Made by a program: the position numbers and the translations under genes. From the IMG/VR virus record IMGVR_UViG_3300049847_000435, positions 22,103-86,102 of that record: a stretch of DNA of 64,000 nt; one strand, given 5' to 3'. The notes beneath the pieces were generated by a model. It was not told the origin of the DNA. It saw only the letters and a program-made list of their open reading frames with translations, and searched no databases. Below are positions 1 through 10,533 of the stretch, one piece after another. Every line of letters starts with the position of its first letter. Within the stretch, counting starts at the first letter, position 1. This DNA comes from a virus.

Positions 1-55
1 TAAAAAAATTTTGGACGTTTTTATTTCTCCAAAACTCGTATAATTCTTCTCGTAA

Positions 56-108
56 AATGTAGTCTAACCTACATAAAAACGCTCTAAATCAGCTATACTA
101 TAAATACA
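56..108 (+). promoter_or_regulatory. Phage promoter motif copy 1 (ATGTAG-N6-CTACAT ... TATACTATAAATACA)
   Basis: Inverted repeat then a -10-like box 19 nt later; same architecture at 17734, 39997 and 43817. Confidence 0.6.
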
Positions 109-176
109 AAAGTAGTCGTATAATTTATCCTTATACGTAGCAATATTATACGAAGTCAAAAGGGGAAAAGTGGCAC

Positions 177-581
177 ATGGATGCAGTAGTTTACGTCGTT
201 GAACGCCAACCGCTTGAGTATTCAGGCGGATACCTAGAGAGCGACAATGATTTCATCCGCAACAACCAAGATATCGCCGTCGAGCTTCTGGAGAATGGAA
301 ATTCTCCAGAATACCCTTACAGTCGAGCGAGCTTGATACTCATTAATAAAGTAGAGTCGATAGCGAGGCGAGTCGTGCTGGAGGAGAAGAGTCTTCGTTG
401 GTTCGTAATGGGAATGGGTGTGTGGTTTTTCGTTGACGCGCGCGGCAGTCATCACGATTCGAGAAAGACGATACCCGCAATTGGAGAACTCGAAGACTTG
501 ATGGCGGAATGGGATGCTTATATTAAACTTTCTGGCGAGCCGATGCGAATTAATAAGCGGGGCAAAAAATTTACAGATTAG
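177..581 (+). CDS. hypothetical protein
   Basis: 134-aa ORF with upstream AGGGG RBS. Confidence 0.6.
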   Translation: MDAVVYVVERQPLEYSGGYLESDNDFIRNNQDIAVELLENGNSPEYPYSRASLILINKVESIARRVVLEEKSLRWFVMGMGVWFFVDARGSHHDSRKTIPAIGELEDLMAEWDAYIKLSGEPMRINKRGKKFTD

Positions 582-624
582 TAATACGCAGCGAGATGGC
601 TCGTGAACGGGGAGATAACTGACG

Positions 625-834
625 ATGACCTACAGCATTCTCGACTTCAATCTTTGCATCAAGAAGGCGAATTTTAAGACGCTCGCCAGCGCTGCCCGTC
701 GTGCCATTTCGGACTTCGACCAATCCAAAGTTTGGTTCATCGAAGATGCCTCTGGCGAAATACAGGCGATTGTTCACTGTTCGCAAGTTTGGATATCGAC
801 GCCATTGGCTAGTGTAAAAGACATGGCTCGGTAA
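625..834 (+). CDS. hypothetical protein
   Basis: 69-aa ORF with GGGAGA RBS. Confidence 0.55.
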   Translation: MTYSILDFNLCIKKANFKTLASAARRAISDFDQSKVWFIEDASGEIQAIVHCSQVWISTPLASVKDMAR

Positions 835-904
835 AAGTTAGAACGACAGGATCAATTAGCGCAAAAGGAGGAAAAGCACCGATTCAGGAATGGCGGAGAG
901 CGAA

Positions 905-977
905 AGCGGCGAAGTGTTCGGGAGCATACCGGCGTTGCAAGCCGGAGGGCTGGTTCGACTCCAGCATACGTGGCTCA
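905..977 (+). ncRNA. tRNA-like element or pseudo-tRNA (Ala, TGC anticodon)
   Basis: Anticodon arm CCGGC-GTTGCAA-GCCGG and T arm GCTGG-TTCGACT-CCAGC are perfect; acceptor stem is imperfect and offset. Confidence 0.45.
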
Positions 978-1047
978 GGTATCCATAAATCCTACCAAAG
1001 CCCGCCAGGCATTATTTTATTCGATTCAACCAAAAGCAGGGGGAACC

Positions 1048-1131
1048 ATGAACCAGAACACAACTAGTAAGCCCGTAGAAGAGATTAAAGTAAAAGAGAC
1101 AATCGAGGTCTGGAAGCCGAAAGGCAAATAG
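1048..1131 (+). CDS. 27-aa peptide (MNQNTTSKPVEEIKVKETIEVWKPKGK)
   Basis: Strong AGGGGG RBS; read manually, below ORF-track cutoff. Confidence 0.35.
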   Translation: MNQNTTSKPVEEIKVKETIEVWKPKGK

Positions 1132-1288
1132 CAATCATACATCTTCCAACGTGTGCGGCGCGTAGGCGTCGTCAAGGTAAACGGTCGGCAGGATGACCGC
1201 TACAACGCGATTGGAGTTTCTCCTCCTTGTGAGTCTGGGTGAGAGGGAGGGCTTTCACCCAGATAAATTTTCAGTAAAAGGAAAAATC

Positions 1289-1528
1289 ATGAACGTAGGC
1301 GATAGCGTAGTTTGGATTCAGGTGAAGTCATACGGAAACAAAAGAGAATTGAGCAAGCGCGAAGGCATCATCACCGATATATCCGGCGACAAGGCAACTG
1401 TCACGCTCACCGGCTACGCGTCAAGTACGTCGGTTGTCGCAATCTCCGATCTAAAACTAAAGAGCCAGGACACGCCAATGTCTATCTTGGAGTTTGCAGT
1501 TTCCCGTTTCGGGGCGAGTGCCCAGTGA
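1289..1528 (+). CDS. hypothetical protein (possible SH3/KOW-like beta fold)
   Basis: AAAGGA RBS before MNVGDSVVW; beta-strand-rich pattern. Confidence 0.55.
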   Translation: MNVGDSVVWIQVKSYGNKRELSKREGIITDISGDKATVTLTGYASSTSVVAISDLKLKSQDTPMSILEFAVSRFGASAQ

Positions 1529-1761
1529 CGCCGATGTACACCTATCTTTGCAATGATGGCGTATGGCGTACGCGCTGCGCTCATCACATCGCAAAGAACT
1601 CGTCGCTTGCGCCGCGCCGGTATCCCGGCGATCATCCTGGCGAGGCGGTGCAGGAATTCGTCGAGACGGAATTGGTGAGCGGTAAGCGGGTGACGAAAAA
1701 GACACCCATGTTTTACAAAGAAGAGAGCGAGATAGGCTGCCCGGTGTGCCGGGCTTTGTGA
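1525..1761 (+). CDS. hypothetical Cys/His protein
   Basis: GTGA overlap with previous stop; CxxH and CPVC motifs. Confidence 0.5.
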   Translation: MTPMYTYLCNDGVWRTRCAHHIAKNSSLAPRRYPGDHPGEAVQEFVETELVSGKRVTKKTPMFYKEESEIGCPVCRAL

Positions 1762-1779
1762 AGTAAGGAAGGGAGTGGT

Positions 1780-2775
1780 ATGGGTGAAAATACAAAGATC
1801 GAATGGGCGCATCACACATTTAATCCGTGGATGGGCTGCACGAAGGTGAGTGAAGGCTGCAAGCACTGTTATGCAGAGCAGCAAATGGATAAGCACTATA
1901 AGAAGGTGCAGTGGGGTACATCCGGCAAGAGACTTCGCACATCCAAGGACAACTGGCGTAAGCCTATCCAGTGGAATAAGTGGGCGAAAGAGCGCGGTAT
2001 CCGCTATCGTGTTTTTTGCGCTTCCTTGGCTGATGTTTTCGAGGACAAACCCGACCAGCCGGAGATGGATGATTGGCGAGCCGATCTCATGCGGTTGATC
2101 TCTGCCACGCCGAATCTCGACTGGTTACTGCTGACGAAGCGACCAGAGAACGTAATCTCAAAAATCAACAAGGCGATTAAGCTGATTTCCTCCGATGATA
2201 ACGCTGCCGATTTGATGGTGGCGATGGAGTGGCTAGGCTGGGTAAAGCATGGATCAGACTACGCCCTACCAAACGTCTGGATCGGCACTTCGGTCGAGAA
2301 TCAAGAGGCGGCAGATAAACGCATTCCCGAACTGCTGAAAATCCCGGCAAAGGTGCGATTTCTGAGTATGGAACCACTATTAAGCAATGTAGACATCGGG
2401 CATGACCTAGTTCCGTCGTTCGCATCTGACGATCCTCGCCACTTTCCGAAACGCAACGGCATCGAGTGGGTTATCGCTGGCGGCGAGTCTGGTAGTCATG
2501 CCCGACCCATGCACCCCGATTGGGTACGGTCAATTCGCGATCAATGTGTAACCGCTGGCGTTCCGTTCCTATTCAAGCAGTGGGGCGAGTACGGTCCCCA
2601 AAACGATCTAGTGCCCGACACTTCTGAAATCAAGGAGAAATTCGTCACGGTGAGCCCGAAAGGGTTTACCGGAAAAAGCTGTGAATATCCTGTGGCAATA
2701 GGGATGTGGCGAATAGGAAAGGCGCGGTCAGGTCGTCTTCTCGATGGCGTCGAATGGAATCAATTCCCGGTATGA
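1780..2775 (+). CDS. phage Gp37/Gp68 family (DUF5131) radical-SAM-like protein
   Basis: TKIEWAHHTFNPWMGCTKVSEGCKHCYA, LLTKRP, LSMEPLL, GGESG, FFKQWG-like motif. Confidence 0.9.
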   Translation: MGENTKIEWAHHTFNPWMGCTKVSEGCKHCYAEQQMDKHYKKVQWGTSGKRLRTSKDNWRKPIQWNKWAKERGIRYRVFCASLADVFEDKPDQPEMDDWRADLMRLISATPNLDWLLLTKRPENVISKINKAIKLISSDDNAADLMVAMEWLGWVKHGSDYALPNVWIGTSVENQEAADKRIPELLKIPAKVRFLSMEPLLSNVDIGHDLVPSFASDDPRHFPKRNGIEWVIAGGESGSHARPMHPDWVRSIRDQCVTAGVPFLFKQWGEYGPQNDLVPDTSEIKEKFVTVSPKGFTGKSCEYPVAIGMWRIGKARSGRLLDGVEWNQFPV

Positions 2776-3335
2776 AAACCTACCAACTCATCTACGCTGA
2801 CCCCGCCTGGTACTATAATGATAAATGCCATTCTGGACAGAGAGGGGCGGGCTACAAATACCCTTGCATGACACTTAACGATATCTGCAACCTACCTATA
2901 CCAGATATAGCCGCTGAAAATTGCCTATTGGCGATGTGGTGGGTGCCTCCTATGCCAGAGGAGGCGATCCGCGTGGTTAACGCTTGGGGATTCAAGCTAA
3001 AGACAATGTGCGGATTTACGTGGCATAAGACCACGAAGAACGGGCACCGTCATTTCGGCATGGGAAACTGGACGCGTGCCAACGCCGAGAATTGTTTGTT
3101 TGCAGTGCGTGGCAAACCAAAGCGAGCCAGCGCTGCGGTATCGCAAATGATCGTCGCGCAAGTTCGCCAGCATAGCCAAAAGCCCGATGAAGCCAGGGAT
3201 CGACTTGTGCAATTGATGGGCGATGTGCCCAGGCTAGAAATGTTCGCCAGGGAAACGACGCCGGGATGGGATGTTTGGGGAAATCAGGTAGATGGATCGA
3301 TTGAGATTCCAGCTATGGAGATGTTTGCGAAATGA
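2772..3335 (+). CDS. MT-A70 family adenine methyltransferase
   Basis: IYADPAW, GMGNWTRANAE, HSQKP, RLEMFAR, GWDVWGNQ; ATGA overlap. Confidence 0.9.
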   Translation: MKTYQLIYADPAWYYNDKCHSGQRGAGYKYPCMTLNDICNLPIPDIAAENCLLAMWWVPPMPEEAIRVVNAWGFKLKTMCGFTWHKTTKNGHRHFGMGNWTRANAENCLFAVRGKPKRASAAVSQMIVAQVRQHSQKPDEARDRLVQLMGDVPRLEMFARETTPGWDVWGNQVDGSIEIPAMEMFAK

Positions 3336-3763
3336 CCATCACGTCACTGCTCATCATCGCCGCCATTATTCTTTTTATCAATCGCAATCTAATCACCCAT
3401 GCTTACCGCCATCGCCACGCCATCTCCAACACCGTCAGTGGTGTCGTCATTCACGTCGTTGACGGTGACACAATCAAGGTCGCCATTGATGGACGCGTCG
3501 AAACCGTCCGCTACATCGGCGTCAACACTCCAGAGATTGGCGAGCGCGGATACAAAGATGCAACCGAAACTAATCGCAGGCTCGTAGAAGGTAAACGCGT
3601 ACGCATGGGGTCAGACAAGCAAGACACTGACAAGTACGGACGAAAGCTCCGCTATGTCTGGGTAGGCAAGAAACTCGTCAATCGAGAGTTGTATCGGCAA
3701 GGGGTAGCAAAGCTAATGATCATCGAACCGAACACGAGACGCATAGGGGAGATTGCATCGTGA
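3332..3763 (+). CDS. thermonuclease (SNase) family protein with N-terminal TM/signal
   Basis: VVDGDTI, VRYIGVNTPE, DKYGRKLRYV. Confidence 0.9.
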   Translation: MTITSLLIIAAIILFINRNLITHAYRHRHAISNTVSGVVIHVVDGDTIKVAIDGRVETVRYIGVNTPEIGERGYKDATETNRRLVEGKRVRMGSDKQDTDKYGRKLRYVWVGKKLVNRELYRQGVAKLMIIEPNTRRIGEIAS

Positions 3764-4797
3764 CGAACGAACTCGTCCCGCTCTCGCCAACTCTGGCATT
3801 GGTCGGACTCGCCGCCAATGAAGCAGCGTCCGCTTTTTCGTTTGGCGACTATGTTCGCCGAAAAAGCAAAAACACGGTCAAAAATCAGCGCGTCGATCTG
3901 GCATCGTTCGCCGAATACCTGGCAGTCATCGGCATTGCTACCACCGCCGATGACCTACAGTCCACCGCCGTCGCCTGGAAGGGGATTTCATGGGGCGTTG
4001 TCTCCGGTTTCGTGCAGTGGGCACTGCAAAATAGTTTTGCTACCGGCACGATCTCGCGCCGACTCTCCACGATAAAAGTCTACGCGGCAATGGCGATGCA
4101 AGCGGGTGCAATCCCGCCCGAAGAGTACACAAAAATGCAGACAGTTCACGCCTACGCGGGCAAAGAGGCGGATCGCATCGACCAGCGCCGCGTGGACACT
4201 GGTGTCGCAGTGCGCAAGGGTACGAAAAAGTCAGAGGCGACCGAGATTAACGACGAGCAGGCAGCACGTCTCAAGAGTCACCCAGATACGCCACAGGGGT
4301 TGCGGGATCGGCTACTGATGTGCCTACTACTAGATCACGGCCTACGCGTAGGTGAGGTCGCATTGCTCACGCGCAAGAATTTTATCAAGAAGGGAAAGAT
4401 CAACTTCTATCGCCCCAAGGTCGATCTTTGGCAAACTCACCTATTGAGTGCAGATGTAAAGGCGGCGCTCGTCGCGTACATGGCATCACCCGGCAATGGC
4501 TCGACAGATGAGGAGATGCCGATCTTTCGCGCTACAGTGCGCAGTAAGAATTTACACAATCCAGGCTACACCGAACGCGCTATCCAACACCGAGTTAAGG
4601 CGCTGGGTGAAGCTATCGGGCTATTCGATTTATCACCACATGATTGCCGACATTACTGGGCAACCAAAACCGCCCAAATGGTTGAGGATGGGAAAATTAG
4701 TCTACTCCGCCTGCAAGAGGCTGGCGGCTGGAACTCGCTCAATATGCCGCGCAGGTATGTGAAGCGTGCTGAGATTAGCAACAAGGGGATCGTGTGA
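3760..4797 (+). CDS. tyrosine recombinase, Cre-like catalytic box
   Basis: GLRVGE, HDCRH, GGWNSLNMPRRY (R-H-R-W-Y). Confidence 0.88.
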   Translation: MTNELVPLSPTLALVGLAANEAASAFSFGDYVRRKSKNTVKNQRVDLASFAEYLAVIGIATTADDLQSTAVAWKGISWGVVSGFVQWALQNSFATGTISRRLSTIKVYAAMAMQAGAIPPEEYTKMQTVHAYAGKEADRIDQRRVDTGVAVRKGTKKSEATEINDEQAARLKSHPDTPQGLRDRLLMCLLLDHGLRVGEVALLTRKNFIKKGKINFYRPKVDLWQTHLLSADVKAALVAYMASPGNGSTDEEMPIFRATVRSKNLHNPGYTERAIQHRVKALGEAIGLFDLSPHDCRHYWATKTAQMVEDGKISLLRLQEAGGWNSLNMPRRYVKRAEISNKGIV

Positions 4798-5054
4798 GCG
4801 AGCCAACTATCACGGATGGGCACGACCCGCAATCGGTAGCGCTGAATCTGGGCAATCCCGAAACTATCGGCGATTTAACCGATTACGTCGGCATTACCCT
4901 CACGTCTGAACAAGAGAAGATACTGCGCGCCGAGTGTCATCGGCGATACGGACAAGCGTGGCTTTTCGGTATCGAACCGGATGGCGATTTATTTAGAGTC
5001 GTTCAGTTAACGGTAAAGCCGACCTCGTTGATTACGGCAGGCAAAGGAGTGTAA
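4794..5054 (+). CDS. hypothetical protein
   Basis: Translationally coupled ORF. Confidence 0.55.
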   Translation: MSEPTITDGHDPQSVALNLGNPETIGDLTDYVGITLTSEQEKILRAECHRRYGQAWLFGIEPDGDLFRVVQLTVKPTSLITAGKGV

Positions 5055-5057
5055 CTC

Positions 5058-5930
5058 ATGGCAACAAAAACCAGTAGTTTTGGAACGGGCAAGCGCGAGG
5101 GACATAGCGCCGCCGCCTTCTATAACCGACAAATGTTCTCTGTAGTAGAGAATCCTACAGCCATGCAGTCGCTCACTACATCACCGGTTGAGCAGGGAAG
5201 CGAGTGGATGGATAGAATTTACAATACATCTTCTGAGCACATGCGTGAAGTCCCAAGTAGCTCAGTAGGATTGTCTTTTACGTCACCGCCATACAACGTC
5301 GGTAAGGAATACGAGGGCGATTTGGGCATGGATGATTATCTTGATTTGGTCGAGAATGTAGGGCGAGAAGTGTATAGGTCACTCGTGCCCGGCGGTCGCT
5401 ACGTAATCAACGTTGCTAATCTCGGACGAAAACCATACATCCCGCTTCATTCACTCTTCTACCGGATACATCAGGGGATTGGCTTCTTGCCGATGGGTGA
5501 AATCATCTGGCAAAAAGGTAAAGGAGCTAGCGGGAGTTGCGCTTGGGGCAGTTGGATGAGCGCTAAATCTCCCAGATTGCGGGACCTGCACGAATATCTC
5601 CTAGTATTTGCAAAGGATTGTTTTGGAAGACCGGACAAGGGCATCAGCGATATCGGTCGTGATGATTTCATGGACTCAACACTATCAATCTGGAATATTA
5701 GACCGGAGTCAGCGAAGAGAGTGGGTCATCCTGCACCATTCCCGATTGCCCTAGCTGAGCGCGTTATTAAACTTTACTCTTACGTAGGCGATACCGTCCT
5801 TGACCCTTTCTCTGGCTCTGGAACGACTTGCGTTGCCGCCAAGCGGAACGATAGGCATTTCGTCGGGTATGACGTTTCTGGGGAGTATTGCCAACTAGCG
5901 GAAGATCGACTATCGGAGCAATTATTATGA
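5058..5930 (+). CDS. site-specific DNA methyltransferase (N4C/N6A, beta class)
   Basis: [22 protein letters not shown]. Confidence 0.92.
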   Translation: MATKTSSFGTGKREGHSAAAFYNRQMFSVVENPTAMQSLTTSPVEQGSEWMDRIYNTSSEHMREVPSSSVGLSFTSPPYNVGKEYEGDLGMDDYLDLVENVGREVYRSLVPGGRYVINVANLGRKPYIPLHSLFYRIHQGIGFLPMGEIIWQKGKGASGSCAWGSWMSAKSPRLRDLHEYLLVFAKDCFGRPDKGISDIGRDDFMDSTLSIWNIRPESAKRVGHPAPFPIALAERVIKLYSYVGDTVLDPFSGSGTTCVAAKRNDRHFVGYDVSGEYCQLAEDRLSEQLL

Positions 5931-7009
5931 AAAAGAAATTCTCAATTACGGACGAAATAGCCTTAATCAACACCTTTTTTAAATCGCACAGACTACCCGC
6001 CTACGTGCCGAACACCGATACGAACGTCGTGCGCGCTGGGAAGTCCTTCATATCGCTTGGTATCAAGCTCGGCGATGGGGCACGCATTTCTGCAATTGAA
6101 TCCCGCTTGCGCGAGATGTCCGAAGTGCTCAGCGAAAGCCGAGGGGAAGCGACACCCGTTCGTCTACGTAATTTGCCACTACAGTTAGAAATCCCCCACC
6201 CAGAACGGCAGCCTATCCTGTGGGACAACCCAGACGTGGCGGAGCACTCCGCCGCACTCGGCAAGTCGTTCGGCTACAAGGGTGAGCAATTGGAAATCCT
6301 CAACTTTGAAGCAACCCCGCACGTGCTCATTTCGGGCACTACCGGAAGCGGGAAAAGCACGTTACTGCAGGTCTTGCTCACAAGCCTATGTCAATCAACG
6401 CCGCCCAGTGAATTGCGACTAGTGCTAATCGACATGAAGAACGAAGACCTGCCACCCTTCGCAAGGTTGCCCCACGTCCAAGAGATCGCCACTACCGGCG
6501 AGTCAGCGGCAAGACTTTTGACGTGGGTACGCGATGAAAAGGATCGCCGCGTTGCGACTGGTGGCAAAAAGCATCAACGCATCGTATTGGTCATCGATGA
6601 ACTGGCGGAATTAACCAGTACACTCAAAGAACAGAATGTAAAACCTAGCGTCTTTGGCTCAATCCTGGCGATTGGTCGCAGCAAATCGATCAACGTCATT
6701 GCCGCCACACAAAAGCCACTGGCGTCAATTGTCGGTAGTGTTGCCAAGTCAAACTTTCCGCTTCGCTTAGTCGGACGCGTACTGTCCGCCGATGATGCAA
6801 AAGTCGCAGCAGGGCAAAGTGGAACCGGAGCCGAATACCTGCCGGGGAAAGGATCGTTTCTCTATGTGGACGGTGCCGAAGTTCGCCGATTTCAGTCTTA
6901 TCTAATTCCAGACATCCAACGGCAAGCGTCATTAGCTGCCGACCGATGGATAGAACAAGCGCCGCTACCGTGGGTTTCGGTTGGCGCATTAACAAATGAG
7001 GAGAGGTAG
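5927..7009 (+). CDS. FtsK/SpoIIIE-family ATPase, no TM segment
   Basis: [42 protein letters not shown]. Confidence 0.88.
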   Translation: MKKKFSITDEIALINTFFKSHRLPAYVPNTDTNVVRAGKSFISLGIKLGDGARISAIESRLREMSEVLSESRGEATPVRLRNLPLQLEIPHPERQPILWDNPDVAEHSAALGKSFGYKGEQLEILNFEATPHVLISGTTGSGKSTLLQVLLTSLCQSTPPSELRLVLIDMKNEDLPPFARLPHVQEIATTGESAARLLTWVRDEKDRRVATGGKKHQRIVLVIDELAELTSTLKEQNVKPSVFGSILAIGRSKSINVIAATQKPLASIVGSVAKSNFPLRLVGRVLSADDAKVAAGQSGTGAEYLPGKGSFLYVDGAEVRRFQSYLIPDIQRQASLAADRWIEQAPLPWVSVGALTNEER

Positions 7010-7044
7010 AGTTTCGCCATACCCAATCAATCAGGAGGTGAGTC

Positions 7045-7203
7045 TTGAGATTTAAATATTGCGCAAATCCAGATTGCAGAAAAGAAATCTATCCGGGTCG
7101 AGAAATTGTGCATAAGAGAAAAAACTACTGTTGCATCCCCTGCTACAAAGGTCCAGAACTCGAAGAGCGCAGACGTAAGGCAAGGATCAAAAAGAATAAG
7201 TAA
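7045..7203 (+). CDS. small Zn-finger-like protein
   Basis: AGGAGGT RBS, TTG start, CANPDC...YCCIPC; read manually. Confidence 0.5.
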   Translation: MRFKYCANPDCRKEIYPGREIVHKRKNYCCIPCYKGPELEERRRKARIKKNK

Positions 7204-7226
7204 TCCCGCAAGAGAAAAGGAAAACT

Positions 7227-7781
7227 ATGCTAAAAAACGACACATGGATACGCACGATGGCGACCGAGCAAAAAGTGATCGAGCCGTTTGTAGATAGGCA
7301 GGTGAGATCGGGCGTTATCTCCTACGGGCTAAGTAGCTTTGGCTACGACATCCGCGTAGCGCGTGAGTTTCGCATCTTTTCGGCATCCACTGGCGAATTG
7401 ACCGTAGTGGACCCTAAGAACTTTGACGAGCGCGCATTGGTTCCGTTCGAGGGTGACGTGTGCATTATTCCACCCAACAGCTTTGCGTTATCGCGCAGCG
7501 TCGAATACTTTCGGATGCCACGCAACGTCATGGGGCTGTGTCTCGGAAAAAGCTCATACGCCCGCGTGGGGATCGTGACGAACTTCACACCCTTTGAACC
7601 GGGATGGGAAGGTCACGTCACGATTGAGATATCAAACACGACACCCTTGCCCGCTAAGGTTTACGCCAACGAAGGCATCGCCCAGGTGCTCTTTTTCGAG
7701 GGCGAACAGCCAGAGGTCTCCTATGCCGACAGGCACGGGAAGTATCAGGCGCAAACGGGGATTACGCTGGCGAGGGTATGA
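7227..7781 (+). CDS. dcd: dCTP deaminase
   Basis: [38 protein letters not shown]. Confidence 0.95.
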   Translation: MLKNDTWIRTMATEQKVIEPFVDRQVRSGVISYGLSSFGYDIRVAREFRIFSASTGELTVVDPKNFDERALVPFEGDVCIIPPNSFALSRSVEYFRMPRNVMGLCLGKSSYARVGIVTNFTPFEPGWEGHVTIEISNTTPLPAKVYANEGIAQVLFFEGEQPEVSYADRHGKYQAQTGITLARV

Positions 7782-7796
7782 CAAAAGGGAGAAATC

Positions 7797-8165
7797 ATGA
7801 GCACAATAACATCTGAACGCACAATCGCAACGCAATGTATTAAGTGCGACTTTTGCGACGCTACATCCGAATCAAAATCCGAAACCGGAACAGTATTCTA
7901 TCGGATGTACAAATGTTATGGATGCGGCAGGGATTTATGCGGCATTCATGCAGTCTATCAAGAACTATTGCTTACACACCTCGTAGATTGCAATTATCTG
8001 TGCAAAGAGTGTGATGTATCATTTGTACCGGCGAGAAATGAAGTGTCAGTCGTTATGGCGGAAGCTTACAGGAAAAGAGAGGAGATTATTAATGCGTGGA
8101 AGACTAGCTGTGAGCGAGATGCGACACTTGCAAAGGAAAACCATGCAACCATACTACCAGGATGA
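7797..8165 (+). CDS. Cys-rich hypothetical protein
   Basis: CDFC, CYGC, CGIH, CKEC motifs; RBS. Confidence 0.6.
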   Translation: MSTITSERTIATQCIKCDFCDATSESKSETGTVFYRMYKCYGCGRDLCGIHAVYQELLLTHLVDCNYLCKECDVSFVPARNEVSVVMAEAYRKREEIINAWKTSCERDATLAKENHATILPG

Positions 8166-8841
8166 TTCAATAACTCTATATCTCGGAGACTGCCGAGATA
8201 TTCTACCGAGACTAAACGGAGAATTCTTCGTCTTCACCGATCCACCCTATAACGTAGGCAAGAATTATGACGGTTGGAACGACTCTATGCCGGATGGCGA
8301 ATATTTTGATTTTTGCCAAGAGTGGATCGGTGCGTGCAAGCGCATCTCGACCGAGATGTGTATCTATCCACCCAAAAAGCACCTACTAAAATACTGGAAT
8401 ATGCTCGGTGAGAACTACCAGCAAATCATTATGACGTGGACGCCAGAGGGTGCATTTCGCTATGGATACGTAGATCAATTTGCTACCCTACTGTCGAACG
8501 CCAAGCCCAAAAAACGTACAAAGAATGTATGGGGCGGCGTTCAAGTTCAAGGTCTCGGTTATTTCTTCAAAGAAGATAACTTCGGACACCCAGGCTACAC
8601 GAGCGAGGACATAACTAGCCGGGTCATCAGTAGTCTTGCTGGTGAAGTCACCGTCCTCGATCCGTTTGGTGGAACCGGAACCACCGCCAGAGTCTGCAAA
8701 AATAGCGGACTCAAATGCGTAACAATTGAATATTCAGAAAAATGGTGCGAGTTCATGGCGATGCAGAGATTGAGACAGAAAAGCATATTTGAGCCAACCG
8801 CACCTTTCCAACCTCTTGCATTTCAGCAAACTCTATTGTAA
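8143..8841 (+). CDS. DNA methyltransferase (beta class)
   Basis: LYLGDC, TDPPY, VLDPFGGTGTT; AAGGA RBS before 8143. Confidence 0.88.
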   Translation: MQPYYQDDSITLYLGDCRDILPRLNGEFFVFTDPPYNVGKNYDGWNDSMPDGEYFDFCQEWIGACKRISTEMCIYPPKKHLLKYWNMLGENYQQIIMTWTPEGAFRYGYVDQFATLLSNAKPKKRTKNVWGGVQVQGLGYFFKEDNFGHPGYTSEDITSRVISSLAGEVTVLDPFGGTGTTARVCKNSGLKCVTIEYSEKWCEFMAMQRLRQKSIFEPTAPFQPLAFQQTLL

Positions 8842-8948
8842 TCTATACAGGTAGCGTCGTAATGGCGCTACCTGTCAACTACCGCAGACGTAAATCTACA
8901 ATCTTTCTCCATCGACCACGCTGCCTTTCGAGACATGAAAGGAGTTCA

Positions 8949-9143
8949 ATGGAAACCACCGAGCACCCATACAATCCCGATATCACAACACAAGATCAGT
9001 CACCGACCCGAAAAAGCGAAGAGAAAGAGCTAAGTAAAACCCATACACGCGCCGGATTCACCAAGAACAAGGGCAAGGGGCTCAGTAAGGCGATCCGCGT
9101 CATCTCCCGTAAATCTCGTCAACTGAATCGAAAGCGAGGGTGA
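8949..9143 (+). CDS. basic hypothetical protein
   Basis: AAGGAG RBS; coupled to thyX. Confidence 0.5.
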   Translation: METTEHPYNPDITTQDQSPTRKSEEKELSKTHTRAGFTKNKGKGLSKAIRVISRKSRQLNRKRG

Positions 9144-10132
9144 ACATGCTCAAAAACCCTCAACTTATCGGCTATACCCTGCCGACCCTTCGCCCATTTA
9201 CGCGATACGACGGCGATATCGGCGAGATATTTTCAGGCACTGGAACCTACGCCGAGAATCTGATCGAGTTCGCTGGGCGCGTCTGCTATTTCAGCACCGC
9301 CAGCATGGGCAACGCTCCCGACTTCATTGCCGCTCGCATCCGCGAAGGGCACACCGATATTTTAGAACATGGCTGGATAACGCTCTCGGTTGAAATCCCA
9401 GAACCATCACACGTCACCGACTTCTATCGTAGATGTAAATATCTCGTTGCCGACCCAGACCCAGACGACGCTGAACGCTGGATTATCTCTGGCAATTTCC
9501 GCGCATGGCTCGCCTACTTCGGGCACGACAAAGATGTGATGGGCGAATGCGCCATTGTCGCTCCGACTATATTTAGTGACGAGTCACCTACACGGTATAG
9601 CGGGAAAGTATCATACGATAGCAGACAGCGCCAGACCGGGCAGTCACGCGTTACCCTGCTCGCCATTAACGCCACGCCCGTCGATAGTCTGCCACCCGAA
9701 AGAAAAGACGCACACCGTTCGGCGACATTCCTAGTTGAAGGAGTCAGCCGGACATGCTCGCACCAGTTTGTTCGCCATCGGCTGGCGAGCTTCTCTCAGG
9801 AATCACAGCGGTATGTCGATCTCGCTAAAGGCGAATGGAACGCAGTAGTCCCGCCCGCCATCGCCGAAAACCCAAAGGCGCTGGCTGTCATGACTGCATT
9901 ATGGTCCGCATCCGAAGCCGCCTATGCCGAGTTGCGCGATCTTGGCATTCGCAAAGAGGACGCCCGTTTCCTCCTGCCCAACGCCGCCGAAACTCGTTTT
10001 GTCGTCACCATGCCGATGGACGGCTGGAAGCACTTTCTCGATCTGCGCGACACGAAGGCGGCGCAATGGGAAATTCGCAACGTCGCCAAAATGGTGCGCG
10101 AGCTATTGCGGGATGTGGGCTTTGCAGATTAA
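9140..10132 (+). CDS. thyX: FAD-dependent thymidylate synthase, extended
   Basis: HQFVRHRLASFSQESQRY, EDARFLLP, AQWEIR. Confidence 0.92.
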   Translation: MNMLKNPQLIGYTLPTLRPFTRYDGDIGEIFSGTGTYAENLIEFAGRVCYFSTASMGNAPDFIAARIREGHTDILEHGWITLSVEIPEPSHVTDFYRRCKYLVADPDPDDAERWIISGNFRAWLAYFGHDKDVMGECAIVAPTIFSDESPTRYSGKVSYDSRQRQTGQSRVTLLAINATPVDSLPPERKDAHRSATFLVEGVSRTCSHQFVRHRLASFSQESQRYVDLAKGEWNAVVPPAIAENPKALAVMTALWSASEAAYAELRDLGIRKEDARFLLPNAAETRFVVTMPMDGWKHFLDLRDTKAAQWEIRNVAKMVRELLRDVGFAD

Positions 10133-10349
10133 AGACTTCTTCCACCTCATTAATATGGAGCAAGTCCTGCCGCAATACTCACGCGATATCTACACGCATG
10201 AACTACAACGGCAAGGAGACGCCCCTGAATTGGCGCAATTCAGACTACAACAGCGAATTGACGGGCTACTAATACAGCACGCCACGGAGATGTATTTCTC
10301 GGCGCAAAGGGGGAATCATGACCAGCAAACGACGATTGCGGCGACGTAG
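10122..10349 (+). CDS. hypothetical protein
   Basis: Fills the gap between coupled genes; start uncertain. Confidence 0.4.
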   Translation: MQIKDFFHLINMEQVLPQYSRDIYTHELQRQGDAPELAQFRLQQRIDGLLIQHATEMYFSAQRGNHDQQTTIAAT

Positions 10350-10533
10350 TTGTGAAAGTAAGATACAGCACCCGAACGAAGCGATTGCTGCACGCGTCGC
10401 CAGGGCGGTGCAAGAGAAAGGCATGGGGATTCCGGTGCGCGCCTACAAATGTCCATATTGCAGTGGGTGGCACATCGGCAGGCCGAATAGTCGTGGATTA
10501 CAGGCTTTACGCGCAGAACGGGAGAATAGATAG
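10318..10533 (+). CDS. small Zn-ribbon protein
   Basis: RAYKCPYCSGWHI. Confidence 0.6.
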   Translation: MTSKRRLRRRSCESKIQHPNEAIAARVARAVQEKGMGIPVRAYKCPYCSGWHIGRPNSRGLQALRAERENR

